Shown here in pieces: positions 40,701-49,026 of a stretch of 64,000 nt of DNA. Source of the DNA: Akkermansiaceae bacterium (GTDB taxonomy: Bacteria; Verrucomicrobiota; Verrucomicrobiia; Verrucomicrobiales; Akkermansiaceae). The notes below the pieces were generated by a model. The model was given only the letters and a program-made list of their open reading frames with translations. It made no database searches and was not told the DNA's origin. Where the stretch lies: NCBI GenBank assembly GCA_051251915.1, contig JBPOGF010000010.1:1-64000 (forward strand), written 5' to 3'. How positions within the stretch are numbered: the first letter of the stretch is position 1; every line of letters starts with the position of its first letter. The position numbers and the translations under genes were made by a program.

Positions 40701-40723
40701 GTATTAGGGTGGAGGGTGAGTAG
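37721..40723 (+). CDS. Surface M12/reprolysin-like zinc metallopeptidase with MAM-like domain
   Basis: HEMGHSLGLRH, Met-turn RTIMAY, MAM-like FDYHMYG, C-terminal DPDGDGMSNEMEYLLGTDP; start uncertain (37721 or 37742). Confidence 0.85.
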   Translation: MKNRDEFMTQSKQKHGVFLPLFILIGMVFLYVISSMGGGGSGESEVALVLQDDVASVNADEEEVRAEVARRVVLGGESVDGGRLVGVDATVFNRVDSDGGLLPIGVGGVVDEAIGVAVEGVVDVVNEGNTKLKRGVNKRLLLDDAEVSERHADWASVSSEVIFRRSAREDFGVLTMDEHTVSAIEVSVDLEAMESFLLSSDGVINLPIEEGKDAMVRVDRVVTRGEYTKTLIGSVEGEEGSDVLLVFHDGAVSGSIVFHDENLHYQFGAAGNGDVAVRRLDVHSFGCGCAGCSHGDNLVEDGAVLEALAELDDAEAGVDVFVDEDDGEILAAPAGYNPFDVVVAYSAEARQSDGGTANIEARIVQSVDRMNVAMTNSGSGVWYCSLLAIIEEPDSSFSDSDYSDMADMLVDLRQATNGVLDAVAELKVELGADHSTFVCNNPISGTAGIAGRPGTSLVVARSYMSSTQLGFCHEMGHSLGLRHAWGDTVSGSSQTDLQANPTNKSNYGWRFDPPNGEKVRTIMAYNLGWTSSKIPYFSNPDVYYNGVATGVVDGFDATDTSGTPTYDQQLVTDGAIGGLGAGYDGSNEDLGANNGGYLKNNAGLLANRTVRESLAVLEPAAGVNLEEGDEQTIFWYGGDHSDTVQVDLYKGGVFQFTIASGLSGEERWYDWTVPDVAYGDDYVVRVTLSGSSYDDGGEFTIGVAPAVLPYAESFENGRGVWRSSVDSDYDWTVNSGGTPTVAAGPSGASEGSFYLYSEGHDSGAPYSSSDVKAVFDFSGVGSAELTFDYHMYGLYIDYLTLDVYDGVSWDLDVWRQDGQAQSGSDDAWKSATVDLSEYAGNSGVTLRFTTKHKRWNSADPAIDNLVLDEIPLTAFEVWTAAEFTDSTEGADAGAMGDPDGDGMSNEMEYLLGTDPLVVDSAIISMSVGAGVMTFDYTRRMVDGYSIFAEWSGDLASDSWGVEGIVEVVTGDDGEVETVRGTVPVGEDEDRKFIRIRVEGE

Positions 40724-40727
40724 CGTG

Positions 40728-40763
40728 AAAACCCACCTTGCCGATGTTTTGGCGAGGTGGGTT
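40728..40763. terminator. Terminator between convergent genes
   Basis: AACCCACCTTGCC / GGCGAGGTGGGTT stem. Confidence 0.75.
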
Positions 40764-40791
40764 GTGATTGGTTGGTGGTTATGAGTTTTTT

Positions 40792-43056
40792 CTAGAATAC
40801 GTATTTGGCTCCGAAGTAGACGGTGCGTGGGAATCTGGGGCCGTAGCTGTAGGATGGGTCACGGAAGGCGCCTTGGTCTAGGTCATCTTGGAAGCCGTTG
40901 AAGAGGTTTTTAATTCCAGCTTGTAGGGTGAGTGAGGTTTCATTCTCAAAGTCCCAGCGGTAGCTGGTGCCGACGTCTACGGTGAAGAAATAGTCTGATT
41001 TCTCGATGGTGTTGCCGATGAGTTCTCCGGTGGTGGGGTCACTGAGGACGTGTGGGACGTCCATGGGGCCGGTGAGTTTTCCGGCGATGAAGGCTCCGAA
41101 TGTGTCGTTGTCGTAGCTGAGCTTTACGACTCCGTGTCGATCTGGTGTGCGCTCGAAGTCACGGAGGTAGACGGGGTTGTCTATGGGGTCTCCTGGGGTT
41201 CCTAGGATGAGTTGTTGATTGTTGAATTGAGAGCGTTTTTCAACGAGTCCGATTTCTCCGGAGAAGTTGGCTTTTTGGTATTTGAGGTTAATTTCTGCTC
41301 CGTAGACGTGTGCGTTTCCGGCGTTTCTTTTGGTGGATTCGATGATGCTGGTGGTGGTGGGGTCATCTGATGAGATGTCATTGAAGAATACGTCACGGAG
41401 CTGTGTGCTGAAGATGCTTCCTTCTAGTTCCCAGTTGTCTGAGATTTGCCATTCTGGGCTGACTGAGAAGCTGAGTGATTTTTCTTCTTCTAGGTCATCT
41501 GCGATGTCTACGACTTCTAGTTCTCCTCCTACGTTTGAGATGTGTAGGTCCTCGTCAAAGAGTTCTGGTGCTCTGAATCCGGTGGCGATAGAGGAGCGGA
41601 TTTTGAAGTTGTGGGTGGGTTGGTATTTGAGGGAGATACGTGGGGAGAGGATGATGTTGTCTACTTTGGAGTGTTTGTCTGCACGGAATCCGTAGACGAG
41701 TTCTGTTTGGTCATTGATGTGCCAGTCGTGTTGGAGGAAGAGTCCGGTGTTTTGGTATTGGTCGTTGATGTTTCTTCCTAGTCCGCTTTGGTCTGTGATT
41801 TTTTCTTGTCGGTATTGGAATCCGAAGGTGAGGGTGTGGTCATCGTTGAACTCGTAGTTGGCGGTGAGGTCTGTGTTGAAGAGTGTGTCCTTGGTGTAGC
41901 CGTAGCCTAGGTCTGGGGTCCAGTCTGGGTTATAGAATGAGCTGTTTGGGTCACTGAGGGCGGCTTGGTATTCTGGGAACTGGTTGGCTATTCTGGCGAT
42001 GACGCTGGGGTCATGTTGGGAGGAGTCTATGGGGGCGTAGCCTAGGGCACTGATGCCTCCGTAGTAGCTGTCACGTTCTGTCTGTGAGTATGAGAGGGAG
42101 AGTTTGTAGTCTAGTTTGTCTGTGGCTTGGTGATTTATGCCGAGTGTGAGGACGTCTCTGAGTGATAGGATTTCTTCTGTGATGAGGGTTTCATTTGCTG
42201 GGATGTCTAGTGCTGATCCGGCTTCTCCTCCGCGTCTGTCTTCGTCTGTGTGCATGTAGTCTAGGGTGAGTTTGAAGTCTGGGTTGGGTTCCCAGAGGGT
42301 GCGGAATCCTCCGCCTGTGAGTTCGCGTCTGCTGATGTCTGTGAATCCGTCCCGGTCCACGTCTAGTCCATCCGTGAAGCTGCTGATGCCGTAGGTGAGG
42401 ATGCCGAATTGTTGGTTTTTGCTGGCGAATTCTGCGACGAAGTTGGCGTCGTAGTTGAGTTTGTTGCTACTGGATTTTCCGCTCATTGAGTTGGGAGTGT
42501 ATTCTAGGCTGACGCGATTTTCTTGTGGTTCACGCGGGATTAGGTTGATGACGCCTGCGACTGCATTGGAGCCGTAGAGTGCTGAGGCTCCTCCTTTGAC
42601 GATTTCTACGCTGTCTAGGATTCCTGTTGGGATTTGCTCTAGGCCGTATACGCCGGCTAGGCCGGTGAAGTTTGCGTTGCCGTCGTTGAGGATGGAGAGG
42701 TAGCGTTGTTGTAGTCCTAGCATGCGCACTTCTGTGGTGTTGCAGTTTTGGCAGTTGCTTTCCATGCGTAGTCCGTTTTGGTAGCCGAGGATGTCTGCTA
42801 GTTTGGTGGAGTGGGTGAGCTGGATTTCTGCGGATGTTACTTGCTCGGTGCGGATGGGTGTGTCTTCGAGTAGTCTGAGTGTGCGTGTTCCGGTGATGAC
42901 GCTGGCTCCTAGGTCGTTAAATTCTTCTATGAATGATTCTGTGTGTGTGGATGGGTCTGCTGTGAGGGTGTTTGTGCTGATGGTGAGTATTGTGGTGGCA
43001 GCGGTGAGGATGCTGGCTTGTGGTGATTTTATGTCTTTGTTGTGTTTACGTTTCAT
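40792..43056 (-). CDS. TonB-dependent receptor
   Basis: VITGTR, plug VEIVKGGASALYGSNAVAGVIN, GFRAP, KNLFN, C-terminal Phe. Confidence 0.93.
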   Translation of the reverse strand: MKRKHNKDIKSPQASILTAATTILTISTNTLTADPSTHTESFIEEFNDLGASVITGTRTLRLLEDTPIRTEQVTSAEIQLTHSTKLADILGYQNGLRMESNCQNCNTTEVRMLGLQQRYLSILNDGNANFTGLAGVYGLEQIPTGILDSVEIVKGGASALYGSNAVAGVINLIPREPQENRVSLEYTPNSMSGKSSSNKLNYDANFVAEFASKNQQFGILTYGISSFTDGLDVDRDGFTDISRRELTGGGFRTLWEPNPDFKLTLDYMHTDEDRRGGEAGSALDIPANETLITEEILSLRDVLTLGINHQATDKLDYKLSLSYSQTERDSYYGGISALGYAPIDSSQHDPSVIARIANQFPEYQAALSDPNSSFYNPDWTPDLGYGYTKDTLFNTDLTANYEFNDDHTLTFGFQYRQEKITDQSGLGRNINDQYQNTGLFLQHDWHINDQTELVYGFRADKHSKVDNIILSPRISLKYQPTHNFKIRSSIATGFRAPELFDEDLHISNVGGELEVVDIADDLEEEKSLSFSVSPEWQISDNWELEGSIFSTQLRDVFFNDISSDDPTTTSIIESTKRNAGNAHVYGAEINLKYQKANFSGEIGLVEKRSQFNNQQLILGTPGDPIDNPVYLRDFERTPDRHGVVKLSYDNDTFGAFIAGKLTGPMDVPHVLSDPTTGELIGNTIEKSDYFFTVDVGTSYRWDFENETSLTLQAGIKNLFNGFQDDLDQGAFRDPSYSYGPRFPRTVYFGAKYVF

Positions 43057-43123
43057 TGTTTTGTTATGGTTTAGTTTTACGTTGAATGATGAGTAGTAGT
43101 AAATTTGATTAGTGTAAACATAA

Positions 43124-43145
43124 AAAGTTAGCCTTGGCTAACTTT
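43124..43145. promoter_or_regulatory. MntR/DtxR-type operator
   Basis: Inverted repeat AAAGTTAGCC-TT-GGCTAACTTT between the receptor and the divergent mntR. Confidence 0.75.
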
Positions 43146-43254
43146 GGTGAAAATTGAGTAGGATGAGTGTTGGACTGAGTGTGTGGAGTGGTGGGAGGTG
43201 GCTAGGAACGGGCTTGACTGTAGCTGGTGTGGGGAGACATAGTGGTGGGACTTA

Positions 43255-43734
43255 GTGATGCAGAACGAAAACAGCGAAAATAGCGGGAAGGAAGCCTACG
43301 GGGGACGTAGTGCAGAGGAGCAGGCGGAAGCGATGAAGGTGACGCGCGAGCAGCATGCTGTGGAAACGGCTGAAGATTATCTAGAGGCGATTTCTGATCT
43401 GATAGGGTTGTGCGGTGAGGCGCGGGTGGTGGATCTGGCGAACAGGCTGGGTATAGCGAATGCGACTGTGATACAGACTGTTAAAAGATTACAGCGTGAT
43501 GGGTATGTGACGAGTGAGCCTTACCGGTCTATTTTTCTGACTGCTGAGGGTGCGCGGATTGCTGAGGTTGCGAGGCACAGGCATCAGGTGACTATTGCTG
43601 TTTTATTGAAGCTGGGTGTGAGCCCGGAGGCTGCTAGGGTGGATGCTGAGGGGATGGAGCATCATGTGAGTGAAGAGACTTTGAGGGTGTTTGAGGAGTT
43701 TGTGGGGGATGTTGGGAAGTATCCTAAGGTGTAG
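43255..43734 (+). CDS. mntR: Manganese-responsive DtxR-family regulator
   Basis: EDYLE.I, ARVVDLA..LG, PYRSIFLT, RH and DAEGMEHHVS motifs; lacks a FeoA domain. Confidence 0.88.
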   Translation: MMQNENSENSGKEAYGGRSAEEQAEAMKVTREQHAVETAEDYLEAISDLIGLCGEARVVDLANRLGIANATVIQTVKRLQRDGYVTSEPYRSIFLTAEGARIAEVARHRHQVTIAVLLKLGVSPEAARVDAEGMEHHVSEETLRVFEEFVGDVGKYPKV

Positions 43735-43793
43735 ACGGTGATCTAGGGGAGGAGGATATTTCTAAATGTATTGGGAGGTTTTAGGCTGTTGAT

Positions 43794-44621
43794 TTATGGC
43801 AGGGTTTGTTTTTGTTTCTTTTTGAATTTGGAGTACCAGAGGACGAAGGCGATGGTGGTGATGAAGATGAAGGTGAGGAGGGCGAAGAGCTGGAAGCCTA
43901 CGTTGGTTTCCTCTGTGACGTCCATGTCGATGATGGCGGTGGCGGTGCTGCCTGGGTCGCTGGAGATGTGGAGGATGTTGTCTTTTAGTTCTACTTTGGT
44001 GAGTTTGTGGAAGACGTCTTTGATGGTTTCGTCGTTGCGGTAGTTGACGAACATGAGGACGGGGATGGCTTGGAGGACTTTGGGTGGGACTTGGGCGTCG
44101 GTGTCTGAGATGGCTTCTTCTACGATGGGGAAGAGTGAGCCTTGGGCGATGACGGGCTGGAACTTGAGTAGTCCGTTGAAGTGGCGGGTTCCGTCGAATC
44201 CGGCGTTGATGGGGAATGAGGCGCGGGCGAGGACGTGGGTGTCGGTGATCTGGGTGACGAAGAGGGTGTTTTTGAGTTCGGAGAGTTTATCGAAGTGGGC
44301 GATGGCGGTGTTGATTTCATCGACTGTGAGCTGCATGGTGGCGTGCTTCTGGTTCTTGACGAGTTCAGCGAAGGTGGAGAATTTCTGGTCGATGGCGGTG
44401 GTGGAGGAGTCTGTGGTGGTGGCTATTTCTGTGGGGACGGAGGTTTCTTGGCTGAATGCGACGAAGGCTTCTTTGTGGTTGAAGTAGCTGTAGATGGTGA
44501 CTGAGGCGAGGAAGACGACCATGGCGAGGATGATGGAGAAGATGCCGCATCCTGCGATGTGGTTTGAGTTTTCCTTGGTATTTTCTTCGATGTTCTCGGT
44601 GTTTGTGGTCGTTTCAGACAT
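43794..44621 (-). CDS. Hypothetical membrane protein (two TM segments)
   Basis: N- and C-terminal hydrophobic helices; basic tail. Confidence 0.7.
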   Translation of the reverse strand: MSETTTNTENIEENTKENSNHIAGCGIFSIILAMVVFLASVTIYSYFNHKEAFVAFSQETSVPTEIATTTDSSTTAIDQKFSTFAELVKNQKHATMQLTVDEINTAIAHFDKLSELKNTLFVTQITDTHVLARASFPINAGFDGTRHFNGLLKFQPVIAQGSLFPIVEEAISDTDAQVPPKVLQAIPVLMFVNYRNDETIKDVFHKLTKVELKDNILHISSDPGSTATAIIDMDVTEETNVGFQLFALLTFIFITTIAFVLWYSKFKKKQKQTLP

Positions 44622-44720
44622 GGTTGGCTTTTAGGTGGAAAGGTGGGTGAGAATCAAGGATTTTACGCTTTGGCGAAAATAAAGTTGGTGATTGTGGTGT
44701 TGATGATTTAGCTATTTGGC

Positions 44721-45824
44721 ATGGCAAAGATTTTGGTAGGACTATCTGGGGGAGTGGATTCTAGTGTGGCGGCGGCTTTGCTGTTGGAGCAGGGGCATGA
44801 GGTTGTGGGTGCGTATATGAAGAACTGGATCAATACGGATAATGTGCCGGGGGATTGTCCATGGCAGGATGATGTGGATGATGCGCATGCGGTGGCGAAG
44901 AAGTTGGGGATAGAGTTTAGGGTGGTGGATTTGATCGATCAGTATCAGGAGCGGATTGTGGATTATTTATTGGATGGGTATAGGAGTGGGATTACTCCGA
45001 ATCCGGATGTGTATTGTAATAGAGAGATGAAGTTTGGTGTGTTTTTGGATTATGCGCTGGAGCAGGGGTTTGAGGCGGTGGCTACGGGGCATTATGCGCG
45101 GAGGCGGGAGCGTGAGGATGGGAGTGTGGATATTTTACGTGGGGCTGATACGAATAAGGATCAGAGTTATTTCTTGGCGTTGATGGAGCAGCATCAGGCT
45201 AAGTATGCGTTGTTTCCGTGTGGGGAGATGCAGAAGCCTGAGGTGCGGGAGGTGGCGGTGCGGTTTGATTTGCCGACGGCTGGGAAGAAGGATAGTCAGG
45301 GGATTTGTTTTATTGGGAATGTGAAGATGGTGGATTTTCTGAGGCATTATGTGCCGGATAGGCCGGGGAATATTGTGGATGCTGGGGGGAAGAGGTTGGG
45401 GAGGCATAAGGGGCTGCATTTGTATACTTTGGGGCAGAGGAAGGGGCATGGTGTGGCGTCTCCGAGGGAGGGGCTGGCTTATGTGGTGGTGGGGAAGAAT
45501 GCGGAGCGGAATGAGTTGGTGGTGGGGTATGATGAGTCTGATACTGCGGGGCTGTATACGAGTAAGTGTGTGGTGGGGACTGTTTCTTGGGTGAATAAGG
45601 CGGTGACTGGGAAGAGGAAGATAGAGGCGCAGCCTAGGTATAGGGCGAAGAGTGAGCCGGTGATGGTGGAGCCGATGGTGGATGAGAATGGTGAGGTTGT
45701 TAGGGGTAAGTTTTTGGTGGAGTTTGTGAAGGCTCAGCGGGCGATTACTCCGGGGCAGATTTGTGGGTTTTATGAGAATGGGGTTTTGTTGGGTGGTGGG
45801 GTTTTTGAGAATGTTGAATTATGA
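44721..45824 (+). CDS. mnmA: tRNA 2-thiouridylase
   Basis: SGGVDS, TPNPDVYCN, ATGHYA, KDQSYFL, DSQGICF and TPGQ motifs. Confidence 0.97.
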   Translation: MAKILVGLSGGVDSSVAAALLLEQGHEVVGAYMKNWINTDNVPGDCPWQDDVDDAHAVAKKLGIEFRVVDLIDQYQERIVDYLLDGYRSGITPNPDVYCNREMKFGVFLDYALEQGFEAVATGHYARRREREDGSVDILRGADTNKDQSYFLALMEQHQAKYALFPCGEMQKPEVREVAVRFDLPTAGKKDSQGICFIGNVKMVDFLRHYVPDRPGNIVDAGGKRLGRHKGLHLYTLGQRKGHGVASPREGLAYVVVGKNAERNELVVGYDESDTAGLYTSKCVVGTVSWVNKAVTGKRKIEAQPRYRAKSEPVMVEPMVDENGEVVRGKFLVEFVKAQRAITPGQICGFYENGVLLGGGVFENVEL

Positions 45825-46147
45825 ATTATGAATTAGGAATTTTGAATTCTTGGGTTGTTGAAACTTTGGTTTTGAATTCTTGGGTTGATGGATTTATTGA
45901 CCGCGAAATACGCTAAATACACGAAAGTTTGATTGGGGTGTGGTGCTTGGGTTTTGAGCTGCGGTGCTTTACCACAAATTGCTCGTATTTTACGAATGGT
46001 GGACGATGGAATGGACTGGGTTGGGGGCTTGTTGCAGATGCGGGCGGGATGCCTACGCTGCTGACTTCTTTTGGGGACCTGTCGACCGGGAGGTCGATGT
46101 CATGGAGATGTGGGGGATTTGAAATTTGATATTTGTCATTTGATATT
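45815..46147. repeat. Intergenic mosaic of different short repeat and hairpin modules
   Basis: TGAATTA-type heptamer x5, ACCGCGAAATACGCTAAATACACGAAA, ACCACAAAT..TACGAAT, GCGGGCGGGATGCCTACGC, GTCGACC-GGGA-GGTCGAT, ATTTGNN x4. Confidence 0.8.
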
Positions 46148-46167
46148 GGTGGGGGTAGGTTTGAGTT

Positions 46168-47415
46168 ATGAATGATGCTATTGAAGATACGCGGAAGAGG
46201 AAGTATGCTAAGCTTTTGTTGGAGGTGGGGGTGAATTTGCAGCCTGGGCAGAAGTTGTTGGTGGCGGCTGAGCCTTATCATTGGAAGTTTTTGAATTTGG
46301 TGGCTGAGGAGGCTTATAAAATGGGGGCGGGGTTTGTATTGGTGGATGCGGATGATCCGGGGTTGCTGAAGGCGCGGGTGGATCATGGGCAGGAGCAGGA
46401 TCTTGATAAGTTGGTGGGGTGGAGTGATAAGCAGAATCATTGTTTGATCGATGATGGCTGGGCGAGGTTGAGGTTGTTTGGGCCTACTGATCCGGATTTG
46501 ATGGGGACGTTGAATGGTCAGCGGCTTGGGATTATTCAGAAGACTCAGAGCATTGCTGGGAAGCCAGTGAGTGAGGCTTGTGCTGAGGGTAAGATTACTT
46601 GGTGTGTGGCGGCGTTGCCGACTCCGGGTTGGGCGGCTAAGGTTTATGATTGTGAGCCGAGTGCTGAGGTGGAGAGAAGGTTGTGGCTGGGGATGGTGAA
46701 GATTTTGAATTTAGATGCGGATGATCCGAGTGCGCATTGGATAGAGAAGGGGGAGATGCTGCTGGAGCGGTGTGCTAAGTTGAGTAAGCTGAATCTTGCG
46801 GAGGTAAGGTTTAGGGGGCCGGGGACTGATCTTTCTGTGAAGTGCATAGCGGGTGCTAAGTGGATAGGTGGCGGGGTGCCAACGGAGAAGGATGCGGAGA
46901 AGACGTTTATTCCTAATTTGCCGACTGAGGAGTGTTTTACGACACCTAACAGACGGGGGACTGAGGGGCGGATGCAGGTGGTGCGGCCGGTGACGGTGTT
47001 GGGGCAGTCTGTGGAGGGGGCTTGGTTTGAATTTGAGGATGGGAAGGTGATTAGTTATGGGGCGAAGGTGAATAAGGGGGTGCTGGATGACTATTTTGAA
47101 ATGTGTCCGAATGCTTGTTATTTGGGTGAGTTGGCTCTGGTGGATGGGTCATCGCCAATTTTCAAGAATGGTCATGTGTTTCATTGTATTTTGTATGATG
47201 AGAATGCGAGTTGTCATGTGGCGCTGGGTAGTGGGTATCCGATGCCGGTGGAGGGTGCTACGAAGATGACGGATGATGAGAAGAAGGCGGCGGGGATCAA
47301 TGTGAGTATAGTTCATACGGACTTCATGATCGGAGGGCCTGATGTGGAGGTGACAGGGTATGATGGTGCTGGGAAGGAGATTCCGTTGATTCGGGGTGGT
47401 GACTTTGTGATTTAA
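46168..47415 (+). CDS. Aminopeptidase, M29 family (AmpS/PepS-like)
   Basis: PNLPTEECFTTP, LGELAL, LYDENASCHVALG and HTDFMIG motifs. Confidence 0.93.
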   Translation: MNDAIEDTRKRKYAKLLLEVGVNLQPGQKLLVAAEPYHWKFLNLVAEEAYKMGAGFVLVDADDPGLLKARVDHGQEQDLDKLVGWSDKQNHCLIDDGWARLRLFGPTDPDLMGTLNGQRLGIIQKTQSIAGKPVSEACAEGKITWCVAALPTPGWAAKVYDCEPSAEVERRLWLGMVKILNLDADDPSAHWIEKGEMLLERCAKLSKLNLAEVRFRGPGTDLSVKCIAGAKWIGGGVPTEKDAEKTFIPNLPTEECFTTPNRRGTEGRMQVVRPVTVLGQSVEGAWFEFEDGKVISYGAKVNKGVLDDYFEMCPNACYLGELALVDGSSPIFKNGHVFHCILYDENASCHVALGSGYPMPVEGATKMTDDEKKAAGINVSIVHTDFMIGGPDVEVTGYDGAGKEIPLIRGGDFVI

Positions 47416-47515
47416 GGAGGACGGAGTTATGGCTGTGTGTGGGTGGAATCATATATGGCTATATGCCCAGTGACTATTTTCTTGAGGGGGGATATTAAGC
47501 GTAGTAGGTTGCACT

Positions 47516-48955
47516 ATGCTTAAGTATGTATTTCAAAAGATGGTGGGAGTTGGTTTATTGGCTGGGACGATGGTGGTTCAGGCGGCTGAGCGGCCGAATG
47601 TTATTTTGATGATGGCAGATGATCTGGGGTGGGGGGATGTGCAGGTGTTTAATGCAAAGAGTCCGATTAAGACGCCGCATTTGGATGCGATGGCGAAGGC
47701 TGGGGTGCAGTTTAATCGGTTTTATGCTTCATCGCCGGTGTGTAGTCCTACTCGGGGGTCTAGTGTGACTGGGCGTCATCCGTTTCGCTATGGTATTTAT
47801 TATGCGAATACTGGGCATGTGAAACCTGAGGAGCTTACGGTGGCAGAGTTGCTGAAGGAGAAGGGGTATACTACGGGGCATTTTGGGAAGTGGCATCTGG
47901 GGACGATGACTACTGAGATGAAGGATGCTAACCGTGGGAAGCCGGGGAATACTGAAGAATTTAGTCCGCCGTGGCAGCATGGGTTTGATGTTTGTTTTTC
48001 GACTGAGTCTAAGGTGCCGACTTGGGACCCGATGTTGAAGCCTGGTAAGGGTAAAGTGGATGGGGTTTGGAATGGTGGAGGGAAAGGTTGGGATGCTATT
48101 AAGGATCGTTCGACTGCGGAGGCTTATGGGACGCATTACTGGAATGAGAAGGGTGAGGTGGTGAAAGATAATTTGGAGGGGGATGATTCTAGGGTTATTA
48201 TGGATAGGGTGGTGCCGTTTGTGGAGAAGGCGGCGGCGGAGAAGAAGCCGTTTTTTGCGGTGGTGTGGTTTCATACGCCGCATTTGCCGGTGGTGGCTGG
48301 GCCTGAGTATGCGGCGATGTATCCTGGGGTGAGTGATTTTGAGAAGAATTATTATGGTTGTGTGACTGCGATGGATGAGCAGGTTGGGAGGCTGAGAGCG
48401 GTGCTGAAGAAGGCGGGTGTGGCGGAGAATACGATGGTATGGTTTTGCTCAGATAATGGGCCAGAGGGTAAGACAACATCACCTGGAACTGCGGTGCATT
48501 TTAAGGGACGTAAACGTAGTTTGAATGAAGGAGGGGTTCGGGTGCCTGGGATTTTAGATTGGCCTGCGGGGGTTAAGGCTGGGACGGTTACGGAATTTCC
48601 TGCGGTGACGAGTGATTTCTTGCCGACCATTCTTGATGCGGTGAAGGCGGAGTATACTGGTGAGAGGACATTAGATGGGATTTCATTATTGCCGATGCTT
48701 GCTGGTGAGATGACTGAGAGGGATAAAGGGATTGGTTTTCAGAGCAAGGGGTCTGAGGCTTGGTCGACTCAGCGGTATAAGATCCACAAAGCTAAGGCGA
48801 AACAGGGGTGGAAGCTTTACGATCTGATAGAGGATCCTTCTGAGAAGAAAGACATCGCGGCGGAGCATCCTGAAGTAGTTGCGGAACTTTCAAAGAAGTT
48901 TGATGCGTGGCAGAAGTCTTGTAAGGAGAGTGATGGGGGTGGGGATTATGAATAA
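47516..48955 (+). CDS. Formylglycine-dependent sulfatase
   Basis: PNVILMMADDLG, CSPTR, GKWHLG and SDNG motifs; signal peptide. Confidence 0.95.
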   Translation: MLKYVFQKMVGVGLLAGTMVVQAAERPNVILMMADDLGWGDVQVFNAKSPIKTPHLDAMAKAGVQFNRFYASSPVCSPTRGSSVTGRHPFRYGIYYANTGHVKPEELTVAELLKEKGYTTGHFGKWHLGTMTTEMKDANRGKPGNTEEFSPPWQHGFDVCFSTESKVPTWDPMLKPGKGKVDGVWNGGGKGWDAIKDRSTAEAYGTHYWNEKGEVVKDNLEGDDSRVIMDRVVPFVEKAAAEKKPFFAVVWFHTPHLPVVAGPEYAAMYPGVSDFEKNYYGCVTAMDEQVGRLRAVLKKAGVAENTMVWFCSDNGPEGKTTSPGTAVHFKGRKRSLNEGGVRVPGILDWPAGVKAGTVTEFPAVTSDFLPTILDAVKAEYTGERTLDGISLLPMLAGEMTERDKGIGFQSKGSEAWSTQRYKIHKAKAKQGWKLYDLIEDPSEKKDIAAEHPEVVAELSKKFDAWQKSCKESDGGGDYE

Positions 48956-49026
48956 CTTCATCTTCTGTCTCTGAATCATGTGTTTGAGTGATAGACAGAT
49001 TTTCGTATATTGGTATACTTCGAAGA

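Noticed and set aside
45913..46440. 175-aa minus-strand ORF across the repeat mosaic
   Set aside because: It overlaps the aminopeptidase antisense and reads through repeats, with a P/H/L/I-biased composition typical of the skewed antisense strand.
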